In this document: positions 18,731-27,659 of the stretch, piece by piece
Layout: each line of letters begins with the position of its first letter
Position numbering within the stretch: position 1 is the stretch's first letter
NCBI GenBank assembly: GCA_025057985.1
Contig: JANXEV010000001.1
Span: forward strand, 11,131-75,130
DNA from: Candidatus Aenigmatarchaeota archaeon
GTDB lineage: Archaea > Aenigmatarchaeota > Aenigmatarchaeia > CG10238-14 > SpSt-28
Reading direction: 5' to 3'
Length of the DNA: 64,000 nucleotides
Program-made: the position numbers and the translations under genes
Notes under the pieces: generated by a model
What the model saw: the letters and a program-made list of their open reading frames with translations, nothing else
The model's database searches: none
Told to the model about the DNA's origin: nothing

Positions 18731-20092
18731 ATGAAAATTAATGTCTGTCAACTTGGCTTCGGACAACAAGGAAAGAGAAACGTGGAAAAATTTGGATTAT
18801 TAAAAAAAGAGGGTTATGATATTCGTCTATTTGGAGTTGTTGATATAAACCCAGATCAATTTAAAAAAACCGTAGATGGTAAAAACTACTTAAAAGATCT
18901 ATTCCCGGAGGCTAAGGAATATGTAGGACGTGCATCGGAGTTTATCAAAAAATACAACGATGGTAACATTCTTCCTTTTGACGCCACAAGTACGGTTTTT
19001 AAAGGAAAGGATATTCACGTAGAGAATATGCTTGCATACTTAGAAACTCTACCTGAAAACTATATAAAAGTTTATGCCGTTGAAAAGCCCTTCACCACAT
19101 CGCTAGAATATACCTCAGAAATAATAAAAAGATTTAAAGAGCTTGAGATATGTCCTATAATTAATGCAGTCGAATCTTACATGCCTGTAAAAATCGCTAC
19201 GATCGAAGACATAGCGAAAAACGGATTCGACATCAGTGAATGTAGATATTATAGACTTTCTGCAGTACACGAAAAATCTGTACAAACAGGTAGATTAATA
19301 CTTATAGATTATGGTGGTTCTTTCTATGATAAATCTCCGCATGACATAACAAAATTCTTACAAACTTATAACACCCGATATGGCAATCTTCCAAAACCAA
19401 AAATACTCGAAGCCGACTTCGATATTCTAAAAATAATAACTCCAGGTAGGAAGGAAGTATTTGTAACTAAGGATGGTAGACTTACGTTTGACGAATCCGC
19501 CAAAAACCTAAGCGATGCTTACGCTAAAGTTAAATTAAAATTCGGGGATACTGTCGTGACTTTCTATTCTTCACATGTTGGTATAAAACCTCACGACCTA
19601 GAAATGATAGAAAGCGTATTCACACCAGAGGTTAAAAAAAGTGTAGCTGAAGCTTTCACTAGAATGGGTGTACCAAGAAGTCCTGAAGATGTTAAAGGTG
19701 CTTACGGTATCAATGGATGGAACATAGAGTGTAGGGTAGAAGTGATAGATTGTATAGGGAAAAATGGTGAAGAGGTTAGATACATAACACAAACATTTGG
19801 CAGACCTACTCCCTCGTTCTTTACTGTACGTATAATAGATAATAAAGACGTAGAAGTTTTACAAATTGGACCATCCGATGGACATAAATTATTTGTTAAA
19901 AACGCAATAGATGTAGCTCTAGGAAAAGCTAAACCCTTAATTCCATATGACGTAATTCTAAGAGAGGCTGAAATATTTGATATAATCGATAAAAATGCGA
20001 AGCGCATCGGTTATCAAGAAATTGACTTAAGAAGACCAGAGTACAGTAAATTAGCTGAATTTATTGGGAGTAGACTACGAGAAGTCGCCTAG
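18731..20092 (+). CDS. Divergent Gfo/Idh/MocA-like NAD(P)-dependent oxidoreductase
   Basis: N-terminal Rossmann GFGQQG, VVDIN, VEKP motif, later DKSPHD; GGAGGG SD. Confidence 0.65.
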   Translation: MKINVCQLGFGQQGKRNVEKFGLLKKEGYDIRLFGVVDINPDQFKKTVDGKNYLKDLFPEAKEYVGRASEFIKKYNDGNILPFDATSTVFKGKDIHVENMLAYLETLPENYIKVYAVEKPFTTSLEYTSEIIKRFKELEICPIINAVESYMPVKIATIEDIAKNGFDISECRYYRLSAVHEKSVQTGRLILIDYGGSFYDKSPHDITKFLQTYNTRYGNLPKPKILEADFDILKIITPGRKEVFVTKDGRLTFDESAKNLSDAYAKVKLKFGDTVVTFYSSHVGIKPHDLEMIESVFTPEVKKSVAEAFTRMGVPRSPEDVKGAYGINGWNIECRVEVIDCIGKNGEEVRYITQTFGRPTPSFFTVRIIDNKDVEVLQIGPSDGHKLFVKNAIDVALGKAKPLIPYDVILREAEIFDIIDKNAKRIGYQEIDLRRPEYSKLAEFIGSRLREVA

Positions 20093-20194
20093 GACCCGAT
20101 TTCCAAAAATTTTTTTTATCTAGACAGAAACCTGTACATAAAAAGCGACTATGGAGATAGAGAGAAAACGACCTAAACTGGATAAATTAAGTTT

Positions 20195-21949
20195 CTATTT
20201 TACAGTCACAGACTTCGCTAAATTTCTCGGATAGTCTGGATTATATCCTTTTTTGAGAGCCAAGAGATAGGCCAATATCTGAATAGGTATAACCTGCATG
20301 ATCGTTAATTCTTCATTCGCTTCTGGAATTTTTATCCAAATATCAAAAACTTCATCTCTCTCCGGAGAAATACCTATTATAAATCCTCCTCTTGTTTTAA
20401 CTTCGTGAGCGTTTGACAAAATTTCGTCTTTATTCTCCCTATCAACAAAAACTATACAAGGTGTTCCATTTTCTATTAGAGCGAGGGTTCCATGTTTTAA
20501 TTCTCCTCCAGGAAAAGCTTCGGCGTGAATATAGGAAACCTCTTTAATTTTCAACGCTGCCTCTTCAGCGCTTATAAAACTTAAACCCCTACCTATTAGA
20601 AAAACATGATCTTTTTCTTTCAAATAGTCTACAACCTTCTCCATAAACTCTCTTCTACTTCTTCCAAGTAAATCCAAAATTTTTGACTGCAATTCCCTAC
20701 CATCAAAACCTTCTCCCATTATACTCTTGTAAATAAGTAAGAAAATTATCAGCTGAGATGTAAAAGTTTTAGTGGCAGCAACACCTACCTCAAAACCAAC
20801 GTTCATGAGAATGTAGTCATTACTTTCTCTCATAACCGTAGAACCATAAACATTGACTATAGAAAAAATCTTAGCTCCTCTTTTCTTAGCTATCCTTATC
20901 GCTTCTATAACGTCAGCAGTTTCACCGGATTGAGAAACGGCTATGACTAAACTATCTTTATCGATCAACTTTTCAAAATGTTTGAACTCTGAAGCGACGA
21001 TCGGTTTTGAATCTATACCTGCTTTTGTCAAAAGATAAGAACCATAAAGACAAGCGTGATAAGAGCTCCCGGCGCCAACCAAAAATACTTTTTTAGCGCT
21101 TGAAATTTCTTTTGAGAAAACTTCTATTTTACCATTGTTTTTCTCCAAAATTCTATCTATCACCTCACTTTGTTCCATTATTTCTTTAATCATAAAGTGA
21201 TGATACTTTTCTTTACCATCATACTCCAGATTTATATCTATCACTTCAACGGGCCTTTCAACTTTACCCTCTTTTAAATTTTCTATTTTTACCACACCTT
21301 TTCCCACGGTTATAAAATCGTAGTTTTGGAGAAAAATAAACTCCTTAGTGAAAGGTAACAAAGCATAAATGTCGCTTGCGATAAAACTTTCATTTTCTTT
21401 TATACCTACGACTAGAGGGGAATCTTTTCTTATGCCAACTATTTTGTCTTCCCCTGAGGCTAATGCTAGTATGGCAAAGCTTCCTTTTAGCATAGAAAAC
21501 GCTTTTTTACAAGCCTCTTCAAAAGAATTTTCTGTCTTTAAATACTCTTCTATTAAATGAGAAATAACTTCACTATCCGTTTCGCTCTTAAATTGATGCC
21601 CTCTTTTAGACAAAAACTCTTTAATGTCTTGAAAATTTTCTATGATACCATTGTGGACAATTGCAATCTTTCCTTGACAATCTGCATGTGGGTGTGCGTT
21701 TTCGTCTGTTATTTTTCCGTGCGTACCCCAGCGTGTATGTGAAATAACAATAGTAGAATGATCTTCCGATGGGATTAATCTACGACATATGTCTTCTACT
21801 CTTCCCACACACTTTTTTATGACCAAATCTCCCCCTTTTTTATAACCTACACCGACCGAATCATATCCTCTATATTCCAACCTTTTCAATCCAACTAAAG
21901 TAGCATGAATGCCGTTTCCATTACCTACATATCCCATTATTCCACACAT
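20195..21949 (-). CDS. glmS: Glutamine-fructose-6-phosphate aminotransferase
   Basis: MCGI start (start moved to give N-terminal Cys), LEYRGYDS, HTRWGTHG, HNGIIEN, SETDSE, SQSGETAD, PRNLAKSVT. Confidence 0.97.
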   Translation of the reverse strand: MCGIMGYVGNGNGIHATLVGLKRLEYRGYDSVGVGYKKGGDLVIKKCVGRVEDICRRLIPSEDHSTIVISHTRWGTHGKITDENAHPHADCQGKIAIVHNGIIENFQDIKEFLSKRGHQFKSETDSEVISHLIEEYLKTENSFEEACKKAFSMLKGSFAILALASGEDKIVGIRKDSPLVVGIKENESFIASDIYALLPFTKEFIFLQNYDFITVGKGVVKIENLKEGKVERPVEVIDINLEYDGKEKYHHFMIKEIMEQSEVIDRILEKNNGKIEVFSKEISSAKKVFLVGAGSSYHACLYGSYLLTKAGIDSKPIVASEFKHFEKLIDKDSLVIAVSQSGETADVIEAIRIAKKRGAKIFSIVNVYGSTVMRESNDYILMNVGFEVGVAATKTFTSQLIIFLLIYKSIMGEGFDGRELQSKILDLLGRSRREFMEKVVDYLKEKDHVFLIGRGLSFISAEEAALKIKEVSYIHAEAFPGGELKHGTLALIENGTPCIVFVDRENKDEILSNAHEVKTRGGFIIGISPERDEVFDIWIKIPEANEELTIMQVIPIQILAYLLALKKGYNPDYPRNLAKSVTVK

Positions 21950-21950
21950 T

Positions 21951-22076
21951 TTACTCATCCATGAACGGATTCATTGTGAAGCTAAAAACAAAATTACATT
22001 TCCTACACTCGTAAACTCTGGGAAAGGTTGTTGATATTCCTATCGTTAATGATGAATCACATTTTGGGCAATTCAT
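21951..22076 (-). CDS. 41-aa zinc-ribbon microprotein upstream of glmS
   Basis: Not in ORF track. MNCPKCDSSLTIGISTTFPRVYECRKCNFVFSFTMNPFMDE; two CxxC pairs; stops 1 nt before the glmS ATG; TATA box 22-29 nt upstream. Confidence 0.8.
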   Translation of the reverse strand: MNCPKCDSSLTIGISTTFPRVYECRKCNFVFSFTMNPFMDE

Positions 22077-22077
22077 A

Positions 22078-22110
22078 AATGATTTGAACCTGTAGGATTT
22101 ATAAATCATT
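22078..22110. promoter_or_regulatory. TATA box inside a palindrome; candidate promoter/operator of the Zn-ribbon-glmS unit
   Basis: GATTTATAAATC perfect palindrome (22096-22107) and AATGATTT-N17-AAATCATT inverted repeat (22078-22110). Confidence 0.45.
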
Positions 22111-22218
22111 ATTAAATTTTTGTATTTGTTACGACTAAAAAGAAAAAATAGAAAGGAAAAATTTTATTCGAAAACTTATAAAAAAATTTTTTTAATATTA
22201 AAAAATATTTTATAATAC

Positions 22219-23133
22219 ATGGAGTATTTCGTAAAAGAAGAAGACGGAAAACAAAAAGTTTTTAAATCGAAAGAAATAGAACCTAGAAAAATGAACATCT
22301 TCGGTAGTGATCTTGTTTTCGAAATCATAAAAATACTGTCGAAAAAACCGGCGTGCGCGATGGATATAGCACGGGAGTTAGGTCAGCACGAACAAAAAAT
22401 CTACTATCATCTAAGAAAATTGGAAACTGCTGGAGTGATTCAGAAGTTAAGAGAAGAAATTAGGTCTGGGGCGTTGACAAAAATATACCACATACCTTAC
22501 TCCTATGTTAGTATAAAAATAGCAGATAGTCCTCCTTTAGAGTTAGATATAAAAACAAGAGAGCTCGAGATTCTCAACCCTTTCATTAAAGATGGCGAAT
22601 TAAACTCGATAATCGTCGTTAGTTCACCTGACCCTCATGGTAGATTCGGCGCACAATCGTCAGATGGTTATGCCGCTATAGACTTGGCACTTTTTCTTGG
22701 TTCTTTTCTAAAAAACCCGACCCTAAATTATAGGTTAGATACTCAAATAAGAGAGGAAGACTTAGAGAAAAATTTGATACTGTTAGGTGGACCGAAAGCG
22801 AATATATTAGTGGATAGGATCAATCACGAACTCCCGATTTATTTTGATGAAAAAAATGAATGGCAAATCGTTTCAAAACTAACAAAGAACATTTATAAAG
22901 ACGATGACGTTGGGATAGTTGTAAAAATGAGAAACCCTTTTAACTCGAAAGCTTGGGTTTTAGTTCTAGGTGGGAAAAGATTTAAAGGTACAAGAGCTTC
23001 GACGATAGCGATAATAAAATATTGTAATGAGTTGGAAAAAAACAACAAGTTTAAACATGGAATAGCAAGAATAGTCAGAGGTGTGGATAAAGATTCAGAT
23101 GGGATAATAGATGATGTGGTTTTCGTAGAATAG
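22219..23133 (+). CDS. ArsR-like HTH regulator fused to an S-layer-type alpha/beta C-terminal domain
   Basis: DIARELGQHEQKIYYHLRKLETAGVI winged HTH; NLILLGGPKAN motif; terminal DKDSDG. Confidence 0.7.
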   Translation: MEYFVKEEDGKQKVFKSKEIEPRKMNIFGSDLVFEIIKILSKKPACAMDIARELGQHEQKIYYHLRKLETAGVIQKLREEIRSGALTKIYHIPYSYVSIKIADSPPLELDIKTRELEILNPFIKDGELNSIIVVSSPDPHGRFGAQSSDGYAAIDLALFLGSFLKNPTLNYRLDTQIREEDLEKNLILLGGPKANILVDRINHELPIYFDEKNEWQIVSKLTKNIYKDDDVGIVVKMRNPFNSKAWVLVLGGKRFKGTRASTIAIIKYCNELEKNNKFKHGIARIVRGVDKDSDGIIDDVVFVE

Positions 23134-23145
23134 TCTTTAAAGATT

Positions 23146-24750
23146 CTACCTTTTACTAAAATTATAAGCTACAAAAAGTAGAAATACAAACAACAGAATA
23201 AGAAAAACAGTCACTAAATCGATTTTTAAAACATCTGGTTCTCTATAAATCTCACGAGAAAATGAGTATGTTATCGTTTTCGCCTGATTTTCAACTTTTC
23301 TACAAAATCCTTCTTGACATATATAACCTGCTCTACATTCACTGTAACAAAAACCATCCTCTACCCATCTTTCACCGACAACCTTATAACTCTTACACTT
23401 ACTTAGGTCCTCTACTAGAGCGTTACCATAATCCCTATACTCTTCTCTCCTCAAATTTATTCCACTTCCGCACTCGAAATTTCCGATTTCACAACGAGTT
23501 AGAGTAGTATAGTACCATCCATTTAATGAATTGCAATTGAATTTCCTTATTATTCTTTCTAAATAAACAACTCTATTTATTTCTTCCAAAAATCTAGAGC
23601 AGGTTACCGTAAAAGTTTTTGTATAATAATTTTTTGCATCAACAGAAAAAATGTAACTTCCTTCTTCGATATAAAAACTAGTTGAACCGTCAAAACCAGT
23701 TTCAAAACATTTACCTTCGTAGCAAATTTTCGCATTACTTATAGGAGAATTATTTTGAACGTCTCTAACATTTATCGTAGCTTTACATTTTGTTTTTTGT
23801 ACCGGTGAAACAATAGGTCGACAAAAGCCACTCACACACTCGTATCCATACTCACAACCTTTATAACACTCTCCTGCACTTTTCCATCTCGTATTTATAA
23901 TTTTATATCCACAATCTGAAGCTGAAGTGGGTCGATCGACAATCGGATAATAGTCTCTGTACTCTTCTTTAATTTCTCTGACACCATAACCACATTGAAA
24001 AGAATTTAAATTACATCTTTCCCTTCCTGTGAGATACCATCCGTCTTTTTCTGTTGGTGTAGTTGGTAATTGTTGTGATGGTTGAGAAGGCGTTTCACAC
24101 TCACCGATGCTAATCCATCTTGACTGTGTAACTGTATATGTGCAAGTAGCGCCGAAACAGGTGTAGTCTCTGTACTCTTGTTTTTTTTCTAAAACCCCAT
24201 TATTACATCTTGTCGTTGATGTATCGTACCATCCGTCTTTTTCTAAAACACATCTACCTTCTTTACAAATCTGTCCTGTAGGACAAGTCTCTGTAAAAAC
24301 CTTCCACTCTCCGCCATCTTCACTACATTTTTCATAAAAAATTATATTATCGCTTTGACATATTCTATTTCTTATGATGCCAGGTTGACATATCCTAATT
24401 TTATTCAAACATTCAGAAATTGTATCCGTCTGGCCGCATCTTAACTGCACATTATTTATATTTTTAGTTTCATAACCACTTTTAGTTATTATTATAGAAT
24501 ATTTTCCTATTGGTAAGTTGTAAAAATTAACATACCCGTCTGAGTTCGTGAACCCTGTGTAAGTCTTTGGTGGATCTGTATTAGATATAACTTCTATTTT
24601 TACACTTGCTAAAGGTGAATTGGTATAACAGTCTTTAATGTTAATTACCAAGTTTCCGTATTGTTGTTGTGCATATGTTTCTCTAACCAAAAATAAAAAA
24701 AATACCACTAACACCATCGATGAAAACCTTATCAAATTTTCTCTACTCAT
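23146..24750 (-). CDS. Secreted, membrane-anchored Cys-rich repeat protein
   Basis: N-terminal signal peptide, two carboxypeptidase-regulatory-like beta domains (T..DG motifs), three GWY...EYRDY...RW repeats, C-terminal TM helix. Confidence 0.75.
   Translation of the reverse strand: MSRENLIRFSSMVLVVFFLFLVRETYAQQQYGNLVINIKDCYTNSPLASVKIEVISNTDPPKTYTGFTNSDGYVNFYNLPIGKYSIIITKSGYETKNINNVQLRCGQTDTISECLNKIRICQPGIIRNRICQSDNIIFYEKCSEDGGEWKVFTETCPTGQICKEGRCVLEKDGWYDTSTTRCNNGVLEKKQEYRDYTCFGATCTYTVTQSRWISIGECETPSQPSQQLPTTPTEKDGWYLTGRERCNLNSFQCGYGVREIKEEYRDYYPIVDRPTSASDCGYKIINTRWKSAGECYKGCEYGYECVSGFCRPIVSPVQKTKCKATINVRDVQNNSPISNAKICYEGKCFETGFDGSTSFYIEEGSYIFSVDAKNYYTKTFTVTCSRFLEEINRVVYLERIIRKFNCNSLNGWYYTTLTRCEIGNFECGSGINLRREEYRDYGNALVEDLSKCKSYKVVGERWVEDGFCYSECRAGYICQEGFCRKVENQAKTITYSFSREIYREPDVLKIDLVTVFLILLFVFLLFVAYNFSKR
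23951..24179. repeat. Internal direct repeat in the Cys-rich gene
   Basis: TAGTCTCTGTACTCTT is identical at 23951-23966 and 24164-24179 (encodes EYRDY on the minus strand). Confidence 0.8.
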
Positions 24751-24837
24751 AAATAGTAAAGCGAAGTAAAAGTATTTAACAGTTTCTATGCCAAAAAATT
24801 TTCATATAACACTACAATTTTTATATGAAAACTGTTA

Positions 24838-24912
24838 GCCCCCGTAGCTCAGCTTGGATAGAGCGGCACCCTCCTAAGGTGACGGTCGCGGGTTCAAATC
24901 CCGCCGGGGGCG
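24838..24912 (+). tRNA. tRNA-Arg(CCT)
   Basis: GCCCCCG/CGGGGGC acceptor stem, loop CTCCTAA, GGTTCAAATCC T-arm; CCA not encoded. Confidence 0.93.
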
Positions 24913-24983
24913 AGTAAAAAGAGTAGGAAAAGATCAAAGAGTACGAGAATCTTAGAGTAAAAAGAAAAGAGCGATGTAGAAAA

Positions 24984-25058
24984 TTATTTTTTTCCTCTTT
25001 TTGCTTTCTTCTTTCTACCAAAAATGTTTCTAATTTTTTGTATAAACCCTTTACACAT
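24984..25058 (-). CDS. Possible 24-aa basic amphipathic micropeptide
   Basis: MCKGFIQKIRNIFGRKKKAKRGKK; TTTAAA about 25-30 nt upstream; T-rich tracts downstream on the same strand. Confidence 0.4.
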   Translation of the reverse strand: MCKGFIQKIRNIFGRKKKAKRGKK

Positions 25059-25092
25059 ACTATTATTTTATTATGAAAATTTTTTAAATTTT

Positions 25093-26835
25093 ATGACCGA
25101 GGCTATAAGAAGTCCAATTGTAATAACTGTTGGTCATGTAGACCATGGTAAAACAACCTTACTAGACTCTATTAGGGGAACTTGTGTTACCAAACTTGAA
25201 CCTGGAGAGTTAACGCAACACGTTGGTGCCAGTTTCATACCAACACGGGTTATTCAAAATTTGTGTAGAGATTTTTTAGAAAAAATGAAGATTAAAATAG
25301 AAATACCTGGTCTACTTTTTATCGACACACCTGGACATGCCGCGTTTATTAGTATGAGAGAAAAGGGTAGTTCGATCGCAGATTTGGCTGTTTTAGTAGT
25401 AGATGTGAATGAAGGGTTTCAAGAACAAACACATGAAAGTTTAAAGATACTTAGAGAATATAAAGTTCCTTTTGTCGTTGCTGCAACAAAAATAGATAAG
25501 GTAGCAGGATGGAGAGCACAAAAAACAACTTCTTTTCTAGAATCGATAAAGCATCAAGATGAAAAAATGGTGAGAGAGCTGGATCTTAAGATATACAAGA
25601 TAGTATCTACTTTATCAGAGTACGGTTTTGACAGCGATAGATTCGATCGAATCGAAGATTTTACAAAAAAAATTGCGATTGTACCTGTTAGTTCAATAAC
25701 TAAAGAAGGTTTAGCCGAGTTGATCTCGATTTTAAGCGGTCTTGCACAAAAATTTTTAAGAAAAAGGTTGAAACTAACTGAAAGCGCAAAAGGTATAATC
25801 TTAGAGGTAAAGGAAGTTGAGGGTTTAGGGACAACTTTGGACGTTATTTTATATGACGGGAAGATCTCAAAAAACGATATAATAGTTATAGGAGGTAAAG
25901 AACCGATCGTTGGTAGAATTAGGGCTTTGCTCGTTCCTAGACCTTTACAAGAAATGAGAGTAGAAAAAAAATTTGAAAGTATAAACGAGGTCTATGCGGC
26001 ATGTGGTGTTAAAATAGTAGTACCGAATGTAGAGAATGTTATCGCAGGTATGCCGATAAGGGTGGTTAAAAACGAAAAAGAGTTAGAAAAAGTTATAATG
26101 GACGTGAAAATGGAAAAGTACGTTGAATTTGACAAAGATCCAAATGGTGTTATAGTTAAGGCCGATACGATCGGCAGTTTAGAGGCTATGATAAAACTTT
26201 TGAAAGACGAAGGTATAGGTGTTAGAAAGGCTGACATAGGAAAAATTACTAGAGAGGATCTGATCGAAGGTGAACTGATTCAAGACAAATATAGAAAAGT
26301 AATACTGGCTTTTAATGTGAAAGTTAGTGAAGAAGATATAAAAGAGGCTAAAAATTTTGGGTTGAGGTTAATCCATTCAAACGTTATATATAGAATAATC
26401 GAAGAGTATAAAAAGTGGGTAGAGGAAGAGAAGAAGAAGGATGTTGAAGAAAAATTAAAAACTCTACCGAGGCCAGTGGTTTTAAAAGTCATACCTAACG
26501 CGATTTTTAGACAAAGCAAACCAGCAATTTTTGGGGTGGATGTAATCGCTGGGGTCCTTAAGCCAAACATTTTACTGAAGAAAAAGGACGGAAAAATAGT
26601 AGGCAGGGTGAAAGAAATTCAGAGTGAAGGTAGGAGAATAGACCAAGCTAGAAAAGGGGAGAGGGTGGCGATAAGTATAGAAGAAGCTGTTATAGGAAAG
26701 AACGTTTTCGAAAACGATATATTAGAAAGTCATCTATCTGATCAGGAGATAGAAGAGTTGTGGAAAATAATAGATTATCTAAGTGATGATGAAAAAGAAC
26801 TGATGAAAAAATCGAATAATTTAAAAAATCTTTAA
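25093..26835 (+). CDS. infB: Translation initiation factor aIF5B (IF2)
   Basis: RSPIV..GHVDHGKTTLLD, TQHVGA, DTPGH, KADTIGSLEA; start placed at MTEAIRSP. Confidence 0.97.
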   Translation: MTEAIRSPIVITVGHVDHGKTTLLDSIRGTCVTKLEPGELTQHVGASFIPTRVIQNLCRDFLEKMKIKIEIPGLLFIDTPGHAAFISMREKGSSIADLAVLVVDVNEGFQEQTHESLKILREYKVPFVVAATKIDKVAGWRAQKTTSFLESIKHQDEKMVRELDLKIYKIVSTLSEYGFDSDRFDRIEDFTKKIAIVPVSSITKEGLAELISILSGLAQKFLRKRLKLTESAKGIILEVKEVEGLGTTLDVILYDGKISKNDIIVIGGKEPIVGRIRALLVPRPLQEMRVEKKFESINEVYAACGVKIVVPNVENVIAGMPIRVVKNEKELEKVIMDVKMEKYVEFDKDPNGVIVKADTIGSLEAMIKLLKDEGIGVRKADIGKITREDLIEGELIQDKYRKVILAFNVKVSEEDIKEAKNFGLRLIHSNVIYRIIEEYKKWVEEEKKKDVEEKLKTLPRPVVLKVIPNAIFRQSKPAIFGVDVIAGVLKPNILLKKKDGKIVGRVKEIQSEGRRIDQARKGERVAISIEEAVIGKNVFENDILESHLSDQEIEELWKIIDYLSDDEKELMKKSNNLKNL

Positions 26836-26888
26836 AAGTCTCTTCGTCAAAAATCTACTATTTGGTCAAGCCACTGATTTTTTTAATT

Positions 26889-27317
26889 TTATGGTCTACA
26901 ACCTGATCTAGAGCAGCCACCACTAGTTATTCCACCACCAACACACGTTGCTGAGGCTGAAATTTGTATGTTACTGTAGTCTGGCAAACATCCCGATAAT
27001 GTAATGGTTGTTACGTTAATTGATCCTGGTGTTATTGAACCTATTAAAATTGTTCCTATATTTCCACCACAAATTACATTTAAGGTCACATTCTGCAAAG
27101 CTAAATTACCTCTGTTTATAGATGAAATCACTATACTTGAATCACTGATCATCGGAACTGTCACGTCTAACATTCCTGTGGCACAGGCGGTCGCCGTACC
27201 CACACCTGCTGTTGTCGTTCTAGTGTATGTTAAAAACCAAGCAGAGATTATCGCACCTACTGCAACTGTGAAACCTATTAAGAGAACTGTCGCCACAAAG
27301 GTGCTTATTCCTTTCAT
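26889..27317 (-). CDS. Archaeal type IV pilin
   Basis: Class III signal peptide MKG|ISTFVATVLLIGFTVAVG; Thr/Ser/Gly-rich body with Cys pairs. Confidence 0.88.
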   Translation of the reverse strand: MKGISTFVATVLLIGFTVAVGAIISAWFLTYTRTTTAGVGTATACATGMLDVTVPMISDSSIVISSINRGNLALQNVTLNVICGGNIGTILIGSITPGSINVTTITLSGCLPDYSNIQISASATCVGGGITSGGCSRSGCRP

Positions 27318-27390
27318 CGATCACTCACCTAAACCTAATTTATTTTCATTTTTTAAATAGTTTAAAAAGTTAAAGAAAATAATAAAATCT

Positions 27391-27636
27391 ATGACGGAAG
27401 AAGTTTTGAGCATAAACATGAGGAAAATTTTGGTAGAAAAAACAAGATGGAGAAGGGGTAAACTAGTAATGCCTACTTTAAAAAATATTCTAAAAAGGAA
27501 GCTAAAAACGGAAAAGATAAAAATATCGCCAAAGTTAAATGAAATGGTTTGGAAAAGGAGTATGAAAAATCCTGTGGTTAAATTTAAGGTAAAAATCGTT
27601 AAAGACGGTGAGTTTTACAAAATAGAGCCGATATAA
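27391..27636 (+). CDS. rpl31e: Ribosomal protein eL31 (L31e)
   Basis: INMR, RWRR, KISPKLNEMVWKRSMKNP; upstream of aIF6 as usual. Confidence 0.88.
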   Translation: MTEEVLSINMRKILVEKTRWRRGKLVMPTLKNILKRKLKTEKIKISPKLNEMVWKRSMKNPVVKFKVKIVKDGEFYKIEPI

Positions 27637-27659
27637 ACTTAAAAATCAAACTTCTAAAA

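Noticed and set aside
22180..22215. Long A/T palindromes upstream of the HTH gene
   Set aside because: Pure A/T low complexity; expected by chance at this composition.
24821..25021. 66-aa minus-strand ORF from the track
   Set aside because: It runs antisense through tRNA-Arg (PAGFEPAT is the typical tRNA shadow).
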